Below are positions 29,915-39,605 of a DNA stretch of 64,000 nt, piece after piece. The stretch is from Candidatus Bathyarchaeota archaeon (lineage in GTDB: Archaea > Thermoproteota > Bathyarchaeia > 40CM-2-53-6 > RBG-13-38-9). The stretch is from the NCBI GenBank assembly GCA_963807605.1, contig CAWECG010000004.1, positions 384,001 to 448,000 of the forward strand, given 5' to 3'. Each line of letters begins with the position of its first letter. Within the stretch, counting starts at the first letter, position 1. The position numbers and the translations under genes were made by a program. The notes beneath the pieces are model-generated. The model searched no databases, was not told where the DNA came from, and was given only the letters and a program-made list of their open reading frames with translations.

Positions 29915-32503
29915 TTATTGAAAGAAAGTCTCAAGTTTTGTTGTCCCTATGAGTTCAGCGAAGCTTAGTCCAAGAGCATCCAAGACCTGCTCAAATGTCG
30001 AGTCAATGTATTCTACATATTTTGTTACATCGATCTCACTGAGGTTTGCCAGCTGGACCGGCTTAACGCTTGGTTCCCCAACGACTTTGACATATGACAC
30101 TAGATCTCCACTCCTGATCTCTTGGCCGTTTCTGACAAGGAGCATAGCTGCCTTTACGTGCTGAGGGGTAGTCTTGACGTATGATGTTGGAGGCTTACCC
30201 ATCATCACGTTGAAAGCCAGGTCGTCAAGAGAGTATTCTCTATTCTTGAGTCTTGCGTAACAGCTTTTCACAATCTTTTTGATTGTCAATCTTGCTTGTT
30301 CAAAATCTTCCCCAAATCCGACGCGACTAAGGGTTTCTATCATCTCATAGAAGGAAATCTTCAGAAAGTTTGGTACATGTCTTTTCTTTCCCGTCAAGCC
30401 TTTGATGTCCACGTTTCCGTCTGGATAGACCCCCAGATAGTTCTTCTTGCGGAGGCTCAATGCTACGTATCGATAGTTCTTGTCAACTTCAAGTTCTAGG
30501 CCAACTTCTGCCCTCGACCACTCCATCAGCTTTTCAAGGAGCTCCGGCTTTGAACCCTCAAGGAAGATAGAGTCTGTATCGCCATAGAAGACCTCGATTC
30601 CAAGCTCTTTGGCTTTCTCCACGGTGTTGGTAATCACGAATCTGCCTATAGCGGCCGTCGCCTCGGCCACAGGGGGGCAGTAAAGGGGAAAACTCTCGGA
30701 GCCGAAGACGCCGTAGCTTGCGTTGAGAATGACCTTAAGGGCGTCTGATACAACCTTGTACCATGCTCTCAGTGAAGGGGACAGACCTGGGCCCTTCGAT
30801 TGTGGCTTGTACCAGTTGACTCTTAGATCCCTCAGGGATCCTATAAGAAGACTTTCGAGAGCGATCTTCTTCTTACAGATCCAGTGTGTGGTCCCGGGAA
30901 TCTTGCTTGAGCGACATTCTTCATCTGTGTGAGTGCAATTTATTGTTTCATAGCCCAAATTCCAGAGTTTAATTATTGACGGGTAAAGCGAGGCGAAATC
31001 CAGGACTGATACGTTGAAGTGAACTCCAGGAACTGGATTAACGACGATTGCGCCTTTGTATTTCTTGCCCTTGATAATCGCCTCGGTTACAGTGCCTCCT
31101 TTCTCACTTATGATCTCATCCGACCGAGGGATGAGGTATCCACGTTTTCGATGCTCTCTGTAGAGCATACTCTTGATCCACGCGGATACGCCCTGACGGG
31201 TTACATCTTCCACGCCCATATATGAGATTCTTGAAAGTACTATCATGAGCTTCATGAGTAGTTCGTCATCGAATTTTGTCAGGTTCTGTGTGATCTCGAC
31301 ATCCCGATAACAGTACGATGCGAGATCCGAGTACGAAAGTTGGGACACAGGACGTTCTAGAGGCTTCTTAGACATGTTCACTAGAGCTGAACCGATCTCG
31401 TCGAGCGTCTTCTCCCTGTATTTCTGGCCGAATGCGTATACTTGGATTGACCTGTTGAAGAAGAACCTGTAGAGGTCGATGTGAACGCCGGACTTGAGCG
31501 TTGCAGAATCACGACCCAACTCGATCGGGATCTCATCCCTCGTTAAGCCAAGTCTTTGAGCGCGGTTCCAAAGATATCTGAGGTCGAAGTCGTCTCCGTT
31601 GAACGTTATTGTAAACGGATAGCTAGAAAGAAGAGAAAAGACTGCTTTTAGCAGGTCTCTCTCATCTTCATAGAATTCGACTATGCTTTTTGATGGTATT
31701 TCCTCTTTGCCTTCTTCAACGCCGGCTCTTCTGAGCAGCATGAGTTTCTCCATGCCGTCTGAACCAATGCCACCTACACAGATCACTGGGTCTTCAGCGA
31801 CATGCGGGTCAGGCATTCTTGTTGCGATCTGAGAACACACCTCTATGTCCAATGCTAGGCGTTTGATTTTTGGGACAGGACGTTCGAGGAGCCCAATCCA
31901 TTCGTCCGACAAGAGCCTGTAATCTTCAGACTCAGCTTCCAGCACTTTCCCGAGACTGCCCAAAACTCTTGTTGAGACTTTACCGGCTGGCGTGAGCCTA
32001 CCGTTTACGGTGCGATAGGGCATGCCGGGCTTCAAGCCACTGTCATAGATGTAGTTTTCAACGTATTTTATGTCGGCCTCCCAAGCTCGTATTATCTCTC
32101 TTATAGTTCCTGATGGTCTGCCTCCTATCGAGAGCGGGTCTTTGGCCACTATCATGGACATAGAGACTTCTCTATCTCTCAGAGCGTCATACCTGTTGAC
32201 TGTTTCAAAATGGTCAAGTCCCGAATGAGCCATTAGTGATGAATTCTCTTTCAACTTCTCTATGGGTAGATCCGAAAGACAGTAAGGTTTGTGGGCCGTG
32301 TCATCATACCACAGTACAATCTTCTCAGTTGATATGTCGTACAATTTGAGGTAAGCAGACTTCTTCGCTCCATCATAACAGCAAGCGACAAGATACGATT
32401 CCTTGGTTGAATCTCCAAGATCTGCCAAGCGAGAGGGAGGTGTCTCGATAACGTTCTGTGGCCTCTGTATTACTGGAATGTAATCTTCCAAGCTTTCCTT
32501 CAC
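29915..32503 (-). CDS. polB: Family B DNA polymerase (PolB1-type)
   Basis: Exonuclease motifs LDIE, FNGDDFD, YCYRD; polymerase motifs DFASLYP, KVILNASYG, YGDTDS, KKNY. Confidence 0.96.
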   Translation of the reverse strand: MKESLEDYIPVIQRPQNVIETPPSRLADLGDSTKESYLVACCYDGAKKSAYLKLYDISTEKIVLWYDDTAHKPYCLSDLPIEKLKENSSLMAHSGLDHFETVNRYDALRDREVSMSMIVAKDPLSIGGRPSGTIREIIRAWEADIKYVENYIYDSGLKPGMPYRTVNGRLTPAGKVSTRVLGSLGKVLEAESEDYRLLSDEWIGLLERPVPKIKRLALDIEVCSQIATRMPDPHVAEDPVICVGGIGSDGMEKLMLLRRAGVEEGKEEIPSKSIVEFYEDERDLLKAVFSLLSSYPFTITFNGDDFDLRYLWNRAQRLGLTRDEIPIELGRDSATLKSGVHIDLYRFFFNRSIQVYAFGQKYREKTLDEIGSALVNMSKKPLERPVSQLSYSDLASYCYRDVEITQNLTKFDDELLMKLMIVLSRISYMGVEDVTRQGVSAWIKSMLYREHRKRGYLIPRSDEIISEKGGTVTEAIIKGKKYKGAIVVNPVPGVHFNVSVLDFASLYPSIIKLWNLGYETINCTHTDEECRSSKIPGTTHWICKKKIALESLLIGSLRDLRVNWYKPQSKGPGLSPSLRAWYKVVSDALKVILNASYGVFGSESFPLYCPPVAEATAAIGRFVITNTVEKAKELGIEVFYGDTDSIFLEGSKPELLEKLMEWSRAEVGLELEVDKNYRYVALSLRKKNYLGVYPDGNVDIKGLTGKKRHVPNFLKISFYEMIETLSRVGFGEDFEQARLTIKKIVKSCYARLKNREYSLDDLAFNVMMGKPPTSYVKTTPQHVKAAMLLVRNGQEIRSGDLVSYVKVVGEPSVKPVQLANLSEIDVTKYVEYIDSTFEQVLDALGLSFAELIGTTKLETFFQ

Positions 32504-32710
32504 AGACAGACCCTCACCCGAAACATGCTCTAAGGGAATTCCTTGCAGCCATTCTATTGAAAGCTGTCTTGACTTGCCTCGGGACTTTCGGAACTGTTTT
32601 GCACCCAGGCTATCCTCAGCCGCAACGGCCTTACTGATCGCTCCCTTTCAGATGCTATAAAAGCTAGTAGCATAACTTAAGCTAGTATCTTCGCAGTACG
32701 GGTTTAATAA

Positions 32711-33784
32711 TTGACAGTACAAATGACATCTTGTCGGCAAATGACACCTTCGATTACAACGGATAGGTCAAGCTATTCTAATGCAGCTGAAATGATCCAG
32801 TGGTCGGGGACAGGATTCACTCCGAATGGTCAAGTTGTTGGAGCGATCTCCATTGATAACGTGAACCCTCATTTTTTCGCATGGACATTTACTGCTTCTG
32901 CCGATGGTTCAGCATCAGGGCAGTTCCAAGTCGGCGGAAATGTGCCTGCCGGCTATCAGAAGTTTTGGGTAAAAGACATCTCCACTGACACGCTCTCTAA
33001 CGCTGTACAACTCATCATAATCCACTCATCGGCTTGGTCGCTTGTAACGGAAACGATGCACTGGAAAGTGTACTCGCAGGGAGACTACTTGACGACCTAT
33101 GAGCCCGACATTCTTGCGTTGACTCCATTCCTAGATCAGATATTTCCTAAGATAGCTGCAGACTTCGGCTATTCTCTTCCTACCTCGCCTAAGATGGAGA
33201 TTTACCTCGATCCAGCGAGTCACGGTGGAGCTACAGGAACACCGACTGGTGGCGCCATGGGAATCACTATCGCAGCTGATTCAGTGATAAACGTGGTATA
33301 CGGCATCAAGGGATTTTGGTTCTACATCCTTACATTGCACGAAACCGTGAACGTGTGGACGGGATATATTACTCCTGGATGGCCTTGGGCCAACGGCTCG
33401 TATATTTGGAAGGGGGGTAGTCAATTTCCAGGTATGTGTGACGGAATTATCACTAGAGCGCTTGGATATACTGCTGTGAGCAATGCAAACCTAGCGACTT
33501 CACTTAATGATCCTGGCGTAAAGTTGTTGCACGATTTGCAGCAAACCTTCGGCTGGGAAATATACCAAGGTATGTTTTCTTTGTTGAAGACGTATAGGGT
33601 AATATTGGCAGATCTTATTGAACCAGCTAAAACAGCTACACTCATTGCATTCATGAGTATTTCTGCTGGAGTAGACTTACTTCCTCAGTTTATATCAGCT
33701 GGGGTAGCTGGAATTTCTGATGATATGCTTGCTAGTGTTTCTAGTAGCTTCAACTTGAAATGGCCGCGCGCTAATAGAGCTTGA
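32711..33784 (+). CDS. Hypothetical protein: beta-rich N-terminal domain plus zincin-like C-terminal domain (HETVN)
   Basis: 357-aa ORF; GTGFTPN Ig-like pattern; LTLHETVN helix. Confidence 0.55.
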   Translation: MTVQMTSCRQMTPSITTDRSSYSNAAEMIQWSGTGFTPNGQVVGAISIDNVNPHFFAWTFTASADGSASGQFQVGGNVPAGYQKFWVKDISTDTLSNAVQLIIIHSSAWSLVTETMHWKVYSQGDYLTTYEPDILALTPFLDQIFPKIAADFGYSLPTSPKMEIYLDPASHGGATGTPTGGAMGITIAADSVINVVYGIKGFWFYILTLHETVNVWTGYITPGWPWANGSYIWKGGSQFPGMCDGIITRALGYTAVSNANLATSLNDPGVKLLHDLQQTFGWEIYQGMFSLLKTYRVILADLIEPAKTATLIAFMSISAGVDLLPQFISAGVAGISDDMLASVSSSFNLKWPRANRA

Positions 33785-33971
33785 AGTCAAAGTCGGCAGA
33801 ATAGGCAACAGCCTCAAAGTGACTATACCCCAAGAGATCGCCTATCACCTAGACATTAGAGAGGGCGATATGGTGGGGCTCAAACCGACCAATGGCGAGA
33901 TTTGAATGCGTAAACTGGAAAAGTAAACCGACCATAAAAAAAGGTCATGTGACTATTTCTTAACTAGAGAC

Positions 33972-34469
33972 TTGTCTTTTCCAGGTGGGGGAAAGAGTCA
34001 AGAAGTAGCTTTCAGCTTAGTTACCTACGTGCATCCCATGATCATAGCGAAAGAACACGTCATAAAATATAGAAAACTATTCTTGGACGCCATTGACTGG
34101 TATTCAAAGAATCTTGTTGAAGATCTTACGGAGAATAGAAAACACCTTTTGCCTTATGTTGAGAATCCAGATTATAATTTAGTCGCTGATTTGAAGAAAA
34201 GGATCGAGTCAGGGAATGAGATTATCGACGGAAAGACGAACCGTCTTCTTGAAAGCATTGTTGGCGGCTATCACACACACCTTCGTAAACTGAAAGAGGA
34301 ACCATGGATTAGAGGAGATACAATCGATGAACAAGTACGACAATTCGATGAAATGACTAGTCAAGACATCGTGAAAATCAAGGAGACCTCTGCACTCGTG
34401 AAAACCAAGGAGACCTCTGCACCCCTTCGTAGACGAACGCAGGATCATCATCGAGAAGACCGCCGGTAA
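33972..34469 (+). CDS. Hypothetical protein
   Basis: Helical, charged ORF; start uncertain. Confidence 0.5.
   Translation: MSFPGGGKSQEVAFSLVTYVHPMIIAKEHVIKYRKLFLDAIDWYSKNLVEDLTENRKHLLPYVENPDYNLVADLKKRIESGNEIIDGKTNRLLESIVGGYHTHLRKLKEEPWIRGDTIDEQVRQFDEMTSQDIVKIKETSALVKTKETSAPLRRRTQDHHREDRR
34369..34422 (+). repeat. 27-bp tandem duplication (VK[IT]KETSA twice)
   Basis: tcgtgaaaa(t/c)caaggagacctctgcac twice, one mismatch. Confidence 0.9.
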
Positions 34470-34547
34470 ACAAGCCCAAATCCCAAGATATAACATACGA
34501 AACCGTAAAACACTAAGCTTGTACCAAAACAGTAGTCAGGAAGAAGC

Positions 34548-35885
34548 TTGCTTCAGGACGCCGTTGCCATCGCAGTTGAAGCCTTGAGTTGGATGGAACT
34601 GGAAGGCCTCAGTGAAAGGCAGGCTCTAGCAAGAGCCTCCAGACAGCTTGGACTCCATGATGATGGCTCTTTGAGACTTGCTTTCAACTTTATTACTGAA
34701 ACAATCAGAAGACTCAGTCTCATAGATATGATTGGAACTCAAGCCCTCTCCCCCAGGAAAATGGATGAGTGGAGCTTGGGCGTAAAGAACTTCCTTCGAA
34801 TCTACATTTATTGGGTCCATTTCAGAAAGGCAACCTTCAAAGAAACCCTCAGCCTCCTCAACTCTGGCCGCAAGGTTCTAGGCCGAGAAGAGCTTTTTCC
34901 CGTTGAAGAGGCCTTCGGCAGATCCTCGGGTATCGACCCAAAGCAGCTGCTCATCAACGAACCGGAACAGATGAGAACATCTCATGAAACCGGCCATCCT
35001 GAATGGTTTGTTAAGTACTGTTACAAGCTTCTCGGAAGAGGAGACGCCCTAAGACTTCTAGACGAGGATTGCAGAGCCCCACCGACATACCTTAGAATCA
35101 ATAGGGTCAAACACAATTCAAATGAAGCGGTAAGAACACTTGAGAACGAAGGTGTCTCGCTGAAGGAGATCGAGAACTTCGAAGATCTATGGAGGGTCGA
35201 GAGGGCAGTAAGGCCGCTTGTGAAGCTTAAAAGCTATCGAAATGGAGTATTTCAAATTCAAGATCTCTCAAGCCAAGCAGCTTGCATTGCAGCAAGCCCA
35301 AAGCCTGGCGACTTTGTCTTAGATGTCTGTGCAGCCCCTGGAGTGAAGACATGCTCCTTGGCGCAGATGATGGAAAATACGGGAACAATTGTCTCGATAG
35401 ATATCTCAACGACAAGAATGAAGGTGTGGAAGGGTGAGGTCAGACGCATGGGAGTGGAAGTGGCTTACCCGACGATATGCGATGCCAAACAAGCCTTGCC
35501 CATAGATGGGGAGGCGGATCTCGTACTCCTCGATCCCCCTTGTAGTAGCACAGGGATTTTTTCCAAATCGCCCTCCATGAAATGGCGAATCAATCCTGAA
35601 GACATCACCAAACTCTCATCAACCCAGTCTCGTATGCTCGAGGTCTCTTCCAGTCATGTAAAACGGCCTGGAGCTTTGTTATATTCTACCTGCAGTATTC
35701 TTGTTGAAGAAAACGAATTGGTTATCGAAAAATTTCTTAGGACACACCCAGATTTCGAAATTGCCCCTGCATCTCTCCGAACAGGATCCAGTGGACTGAG
35801 AGGTTTGACTGAAGCCAGACGGTTCTATCCCCACACAGACCGGTGCAACGGCTTTTTCTTGGCTAGAATGAACCGCCTAGACTAG
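34548..35885 (+). CDS. RsmB/NOL1/NOP2 RNA (cytosine-C5) methyltransferase
   Basis: HPEW, LRIN, IQDLSS, DVCAAPGVKT, DPPCS, YSTCS, EENE, GFF. Confidence 0.93.
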   Translation: MLQDAVAIAVEALSWMELEGLSERQALARASRQLGLHDDGSLRLAFNFITETIRRLSLIDMIGTQALSPRKMDEWSLGVKNFLRIYIYWVHFRKATFKETLSLLNSGRKVLGREELFPVEEAFGRSSGIDPKQLLINEPEQMRTSHETGHPEWFVKYCYKLLGRGDALRLLDEDCRAPPTYLRINRVKHNSNEAVRTLENEGVSLKEIENFEDLWRVERAVRPLVKLKSYRNGVFQIQDLSSQAACIAASPKPGDFVLDVCAAPGVKTCSLAQMMENTGTIVSIDISTTRMKVWKGEVRRMGVEVAYPTICDAKQALPIDGEADLVLLDPPCSSTGIFSKSPSMKWRINPEDITKLSSTQSRMLEVSSSHVKRPGALLYSTCSILVEENELVIEKFLRTHPDFEIAPASLRTGSSGLRGLTEARRFYPHTDRCNGFFLARMNRLD

Positions 35886-36057
35886 CTGGCGAGCTATCCA
35901 GCCCTTATCGACTAGAGAAATTGAACGTCGTTCACAACCTTTATCAGACTCAATCCGTTCAGATCCCGAGAAAACGTGGATTCGCTTAAAGAATTTGTCT
36001 CAGCCACTCTGGCTTAGCCTTCAGATCGCAAAAACTTAATGGGACCATATTAGATCG

Positions 36058-36537
36058 ATGGGTTCTAGCTTGAGTCACAAGGAAGACTCGGAACAGGAAG
36101 TAATCGTTTTCGATTCTGAAAGGTGTACGGGTTGCTCTTACTGTATGATCGCCTGCAGCTTCAAACATTATGGGATGACGGATTTTGAGAAATCACACAT
36201 CAAGATCATTGATGGCCCACAGAGACCAAAGATACGATTTGTGGGGATTCATTGCATACACTGCGATGATCCTCTATGTCTCGCATCGTGCCCTGTAGGA
36301 GCTGTAACCAAAGATAACAACACCGGTCTAGTCAAGATCAATTCCACTATCTGCATTGGCTGTAAAGCCTGTTTAATCGCATGTCCAATCTCAAACCCAA
36401 GCTTCGACGAAGAGAGGCGCGTAGCGGTCAAATGCGACTTCTGTGACGGAGATCCGCAGTGTGTCAAGTTCTGCACGTCAGAGGCACTCACAAGAAGCAG
36501 CAGGGAGAACGCTCGCAAAAGATTCGCGCAGTGTTGA
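36058..36537 (+). CDS. 4x[4Fe-4S] electron-transfer protein (HycB/HydN/CooF/DmsB type)
   Basis: CTGCSYCMIAC, CIHCDDPLCLASCP, CIGCKACLIACP, KCDFCDGDPQCVKFC. Confidence 0.9.
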   Translation: MGSSLSHKEDSEQEVIVFDSERCTGCSYCMIACSFKHYGMTDFEKSHIKIIDGPQRPKIRFVGIHCIHCDDPLCLASCPVGAVTKDNNTGLVKINSTICIGCKACLIACPISNPSFDEERRVAVKCDFCDGDPQCVKFCTSEALTRSSRENARKRFAQC

Positions 36538-36553
36538 GGATGGGTCAACCATA

Positions 36554-36835
36554 ATGTCTGAGGAAGAAAATTTGATCTATCCCCTAAGGAAAAAGGCGAG
36601 GAGTTCGGTCCCCGCCTCATTCCAAGGTGCTGTCACAAATCTCATCAACCAAGGGCAAATCCAGAGTCTCCTAGACTTCTGGATTGATGAGAGGACAGGG
36701 CTCGGTCTTCCCGAGAAACCAGTCTCGGCCTACTCCTCAGAGAAAGCGGTTCAACAGAGTCAAGATATCATCAAGGAGTTGGGATTCGACCGTAGCCTAC
36801 ACTTTGATTGGAAGCAGAAGAGGCTGAAGACATGA
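36554..36835 (+). CDS. Small Cys-free protein resembling the C-terminal region of HdrC
   Basis: ATG at 36554; RTGLGLPEKP...AVQQSQDII.ELGFD..L.FDW pattern; stop overlaps the hdrB start (ATGA). Confidence 0.6.
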   Translation: MSEEENLIYPLRKKARSSVPASFQGAVTNLINQGQIQSLLDFWIDERTGLGLPEKPVSAYSSEKAVQQSQDIIKELGFDRSLHFDWKQKRLKT

Positions 36836-37716
36836 TGAGACGGTCGACATACCGATCGAAGACGATGATGTTCTGGGGTTGTATGATCCCAACCGTTCAG
36901 CCATTTGTGGAGAAGGCTGCACGATTCTCGCTCGAGAGGCTTGGTGTGACATTCCAGGAAATGCCAGATGCGACATGTTGTCCGGATCCAGAGATCTCAA
37001 GAACACTCGGAGGTGACTTGTGGCTGACGTTGGCAGGTCGTAACATATCAATAGCCAATCAGGCCGGTGGGGATATCTGTGTAATCTGCAATGGATGCTT
37101 CGACACCCTGAGCAAAGCAAACTCCGAGCTGAACGTAGACAAGGCTCTGAGTCGGAAAGTCAACGCGACGCTCACAAAGTACGGGGCAAGACACGACGGT
37201 TCAAGCCGAATATTTCACATGATTGAGTACCTCCACGACATAGTCGGCCTCGAAGCCATCCAAGAGAAGGTCATCAGATCTCTCTCAGGCCTCAATTGCG
37301 CCCCCCAGTACGGCTGCCGCATACTAAGAGAGAAGCTGGACTTACGTGCAAAGTTTGACGACCTTATCACAGTTCTCGGAGGGCGACTGATCCATACGGA
37401 GACAGAGAGGCTTTGTTGCGGAGTGCCAGCGATGTATGCCAATCCTGACTTTTCACTCCACCAAAGAGCCAAGGTAAAACTTGAAGAGATCAAAGAATCG
37501 AAAGCAGACTGCGTAACCCTCTTCTGTCCAGCATGCGCCGAGAGGCTCGAAAGAGCCCAGATGACACTCAGAAATGATGGATACAACTTCGACATCCCCG
37601 TGGTAAATTACCTGGAGCTGCTTGCACTATGCTTGGGAGCCTCATCTTCAGAAATCGGTACACATCTTCACAGAATATCACTTGACCCAATCGTGGGGAG
37701 GATCCTGAAGACCTAA
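36832..37716 (+). CDS. hdrB: Heterodisulfide reductase subunit B-like protein (two CCG domains)
   Basis: FWGC...TCCP...CNGC and YGC...LCCG...CPAC. Confidence 0.9.
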   Translation: MMRRSTYRSKTMMFWGCMIPTVQPFVEKAARFSLERLGVTFQEMPDATCCPDPEISRTLGGDLWLTLAGRNISIANQAGGDICVICNGCFDTLSKANSELNVDKALSRKVNATLTKYGARHDGSSRIFHMIEYLHDIVGLEAIQEKVIRSLSGLNCAPQYGCRILREKLDLRAKFDDLITVLGGRLIHTETERLCCGVPAMYANPDFSLHQRAKVKLEEIKESKADCVTLFCPACAERLERAQMTLRNDGYNFDIPVVNYLELLALCLGASSSEIGTHLHRISLDPIVGRILKT

Positions 37717-38063
37717 TGAAAATCAGGAGACTCCCTCTAGGCCTCTCGCTTACACTACTTACAGGGGGATCCCTAGGAATCGGGATTGCGCGAACAACGA
37801 TCGAGGTCTTCCTTTGCTCTGAACTGGTCACAATATCCGTTTTTTACATCTTCTTCACAGTCATAATCCCAGCAATACGGCCTTCAAGCGTCGATACGGA
37901 AGCCATCTTTCTCGGAGGACTAGCGAGATCGCCTTACCTTTCAGGATCTGAACTCTTTTCGCCTGGAATACCTGTCATCTCAGAAGACATTGATGATTCT
38001 TGGGAGAATTACTTCGATAGAAACAGACTTGAGCCAAATGAGGAGTCTAAGGAAGAAGCTTGA
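37716..38063 (+). CDS. Small two-TM membrane protein of the hydrogenase operon
   Basis: Two hydrophobic helices and an acidic tail; overlaps both neighbours. Confidence 0.6.
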   Translation: MKIRRLPLGLSLTLLTGGSLGIGIARTTIEVFLCSELVTISVFYIFFTVIIPAIRPSSVDTEAIFLGGLARSPYLSGSELFSPGIPVISEDIDDSWENYFDRNRLEPNEESKEEA

Positions 38064-39604
38064 CAATCGCAGCCCTAGCCCCACCCATAATCCTCACATT
38101 CTCGGCAGTAGCATCAACCGTAATCGGACGCAGATCCATTGCTCGTAGAAATGTCGTAATCGCTTTTTCATTTGTGTCTGCCGTTCTCGTGAATACTTAC
38201 TTTCTTATCCTCTCGCTGAATGGAGGCTTCGGATACGCCAAAATCGGCGAATTTACCGTAAACGCTGCTTCAATCTTCATCTCTGAGCTTGTCCTGGTCC
38301 TAGCTTTTCTAGGAGCCCTTTACAGCTTCAGCTACATTGAGGAGAGATCTGAGACTTGGGCTTACTATCTCCTCTATCAACTCTTCACTGCAATGATGAT
38401 AGCGATGGTCTCAAGCTTCAATGTTCTAGTCATGTATGTCTTCTTGGAGGGAAGCAGCGTAACAAGTGCGATACTTGTGATGTTCAGCAGAAGAAGAAGC
38501 AGCATCCTAGCCGCTTACCGATACCTTGTGCTCAGCATCTTCGGCGGCATCATAATCATAGGAGGAATCTTCTGGCAGTACCAGCTGACTCACACTCTAA
38601 ACTTAGCTGGTCTGGCCAGCCTAGCCAAAACAGATGTGAACTTTCTGGCGACCATTTACCTGCTAGGGTTCGGCGTAAAGGCCGGACTGCTACCCTTCGG
38701 CCTGTTCTGGCTCCCACCGGCGCATAGCGAGGCACCTATCCCCATACATACCCTGTTGAGTGCCGCCCTTGTCCAGGTCGCTGCCTTCGATATAGCGCGA
38801 GTCTTAGGCGGCGTGGGCATTGGAAACATGTACATCTCCAATATGCTCCTAGCAACGGGCCTTGCAAGCATGATCGTCGGCGCACTATACGCACTCATCG
38901 AGGCGTGGTATGGAAGCAAATACACCAGACTTCACGTGGGTCTCCGGCACATTCGTGGAATTAAGAGAGTCTGGGCGTTCTCAACCATCTCGGAAATGGG
39001 TTACATAACCTTGTTTCTGGGATTGGCTGGACTCCTTGCGAACCAGAAAGCGGGGTATGAAGAGGCACTGGTCCTTGGATTTGGTGGTGCTCTCCTCCAC
39101 ATGTACAATCACGGATTCTCAAAAGCTCAACTTCTTTTCGATTCAGGTGTAATGATAAAAGTTAGCCACGCCGAGGATCTCAACCTCATGGGGGCCCTTG
39201 CAAAACGACTCCCCATCATGAAGGTATCTTTCGTAATTGGAGCTCTTAGCCTCGGACTGATCCCCGCCACGTTTGGTGTGAGAACACTCAGAGAACTAGT
39301 TTTCAACAACAACATTCCAAGCCTAGCAAAACTCGTAGTCATAGCCACAGCAGGACTCTCCCTTATTGCATGCCTTTCAGTCTGGTATTGCTGCTTCTTC
39401 TCTAGGTCTAACATCCAATCTGACGATCGCCCCAAGGTCCCGAGAACCATGTACCTGCCCGGCCTCCTAATGGGAGGCCTGATAATTCTTGTCGGAAGTT
39501 ACTTCACGTTAGAATGGGCTGGCTTAATATCATCGGGTTCAAGCCTTACTGATACCCTACGGATTCTCGCCGAGACAACGATTAAGAGTAGCGCGGGGTC
39601 CTAG
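38060..39604 (+). CDS. Antiporter-like ion-translocating subunit (HycC/MrpD/NuoL-M-N family)
   Basis: YVFLE, AAYRYL, GFGVKAG..P...WLPPAH.EAP, AFSTISEMGY, NHGFSKAQL. Confidence 0.92.
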   Translation: MTIAALAPPIILTFSAVASTVIGRRSIARRNVVIAFSFVSAVLVNTYFLILSLNGGFGYAKIGEFTVNAASIFISELVLVLAFLGALYSFSYIEERSETWAYYLLYQLFTAMMIAMVSSFNVLVMYVFLEGSSVTSAILVMFSRRRSSILAAYRYLVLSIFGGIIIIGGIFWQYQLTHTLNLAGLASLAKTDVNFLATIYLLGFGVKAGLLPFGLFWLPPAHSEAPIPIHTLLSAALVQVAAFDIARVLGGVGIGNMYISNMLLATGLASMIVGALYALIEAWYGSKYTRLHVGLRHIRGIKRVWAFSTISEMGYITLFLGLAGLLANQKAGYEEALVLGFGGALLHMYNHGFSKAQLLFDSGVMIKVSHAEDLNLMGALAKRLPIMKVSFVIGALSLGLIPATFGVRTLRELVFNNNIPSLAKLVVIATAGLSLIACLSVWYCCFFSRSNIQSDDRPKVPRTMYLPGLLMGGLIILVGSYFTLEWAGLISSGSSLTDTLRILAETTIKSSAGS

Positions 39605-39605
39605 C

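Noticed and set aside
33871-33906. Minus strand TTCAAATCTCGCC...AGCCCCACCA looks like a tRNA 3' end after an orphan gene
   Set aside because: About 13 extra nt interrupt the T-stem/acceptor junction and there is no 5' half; chance similarity cannot be excluded.
36832-37716. HdrB (with Fae and CofE) as evidence of methanogenesis
   Set aside because: No mcr, mtr or CoM/CoB genes in the window; these proteins are widespread in non-methanogens.
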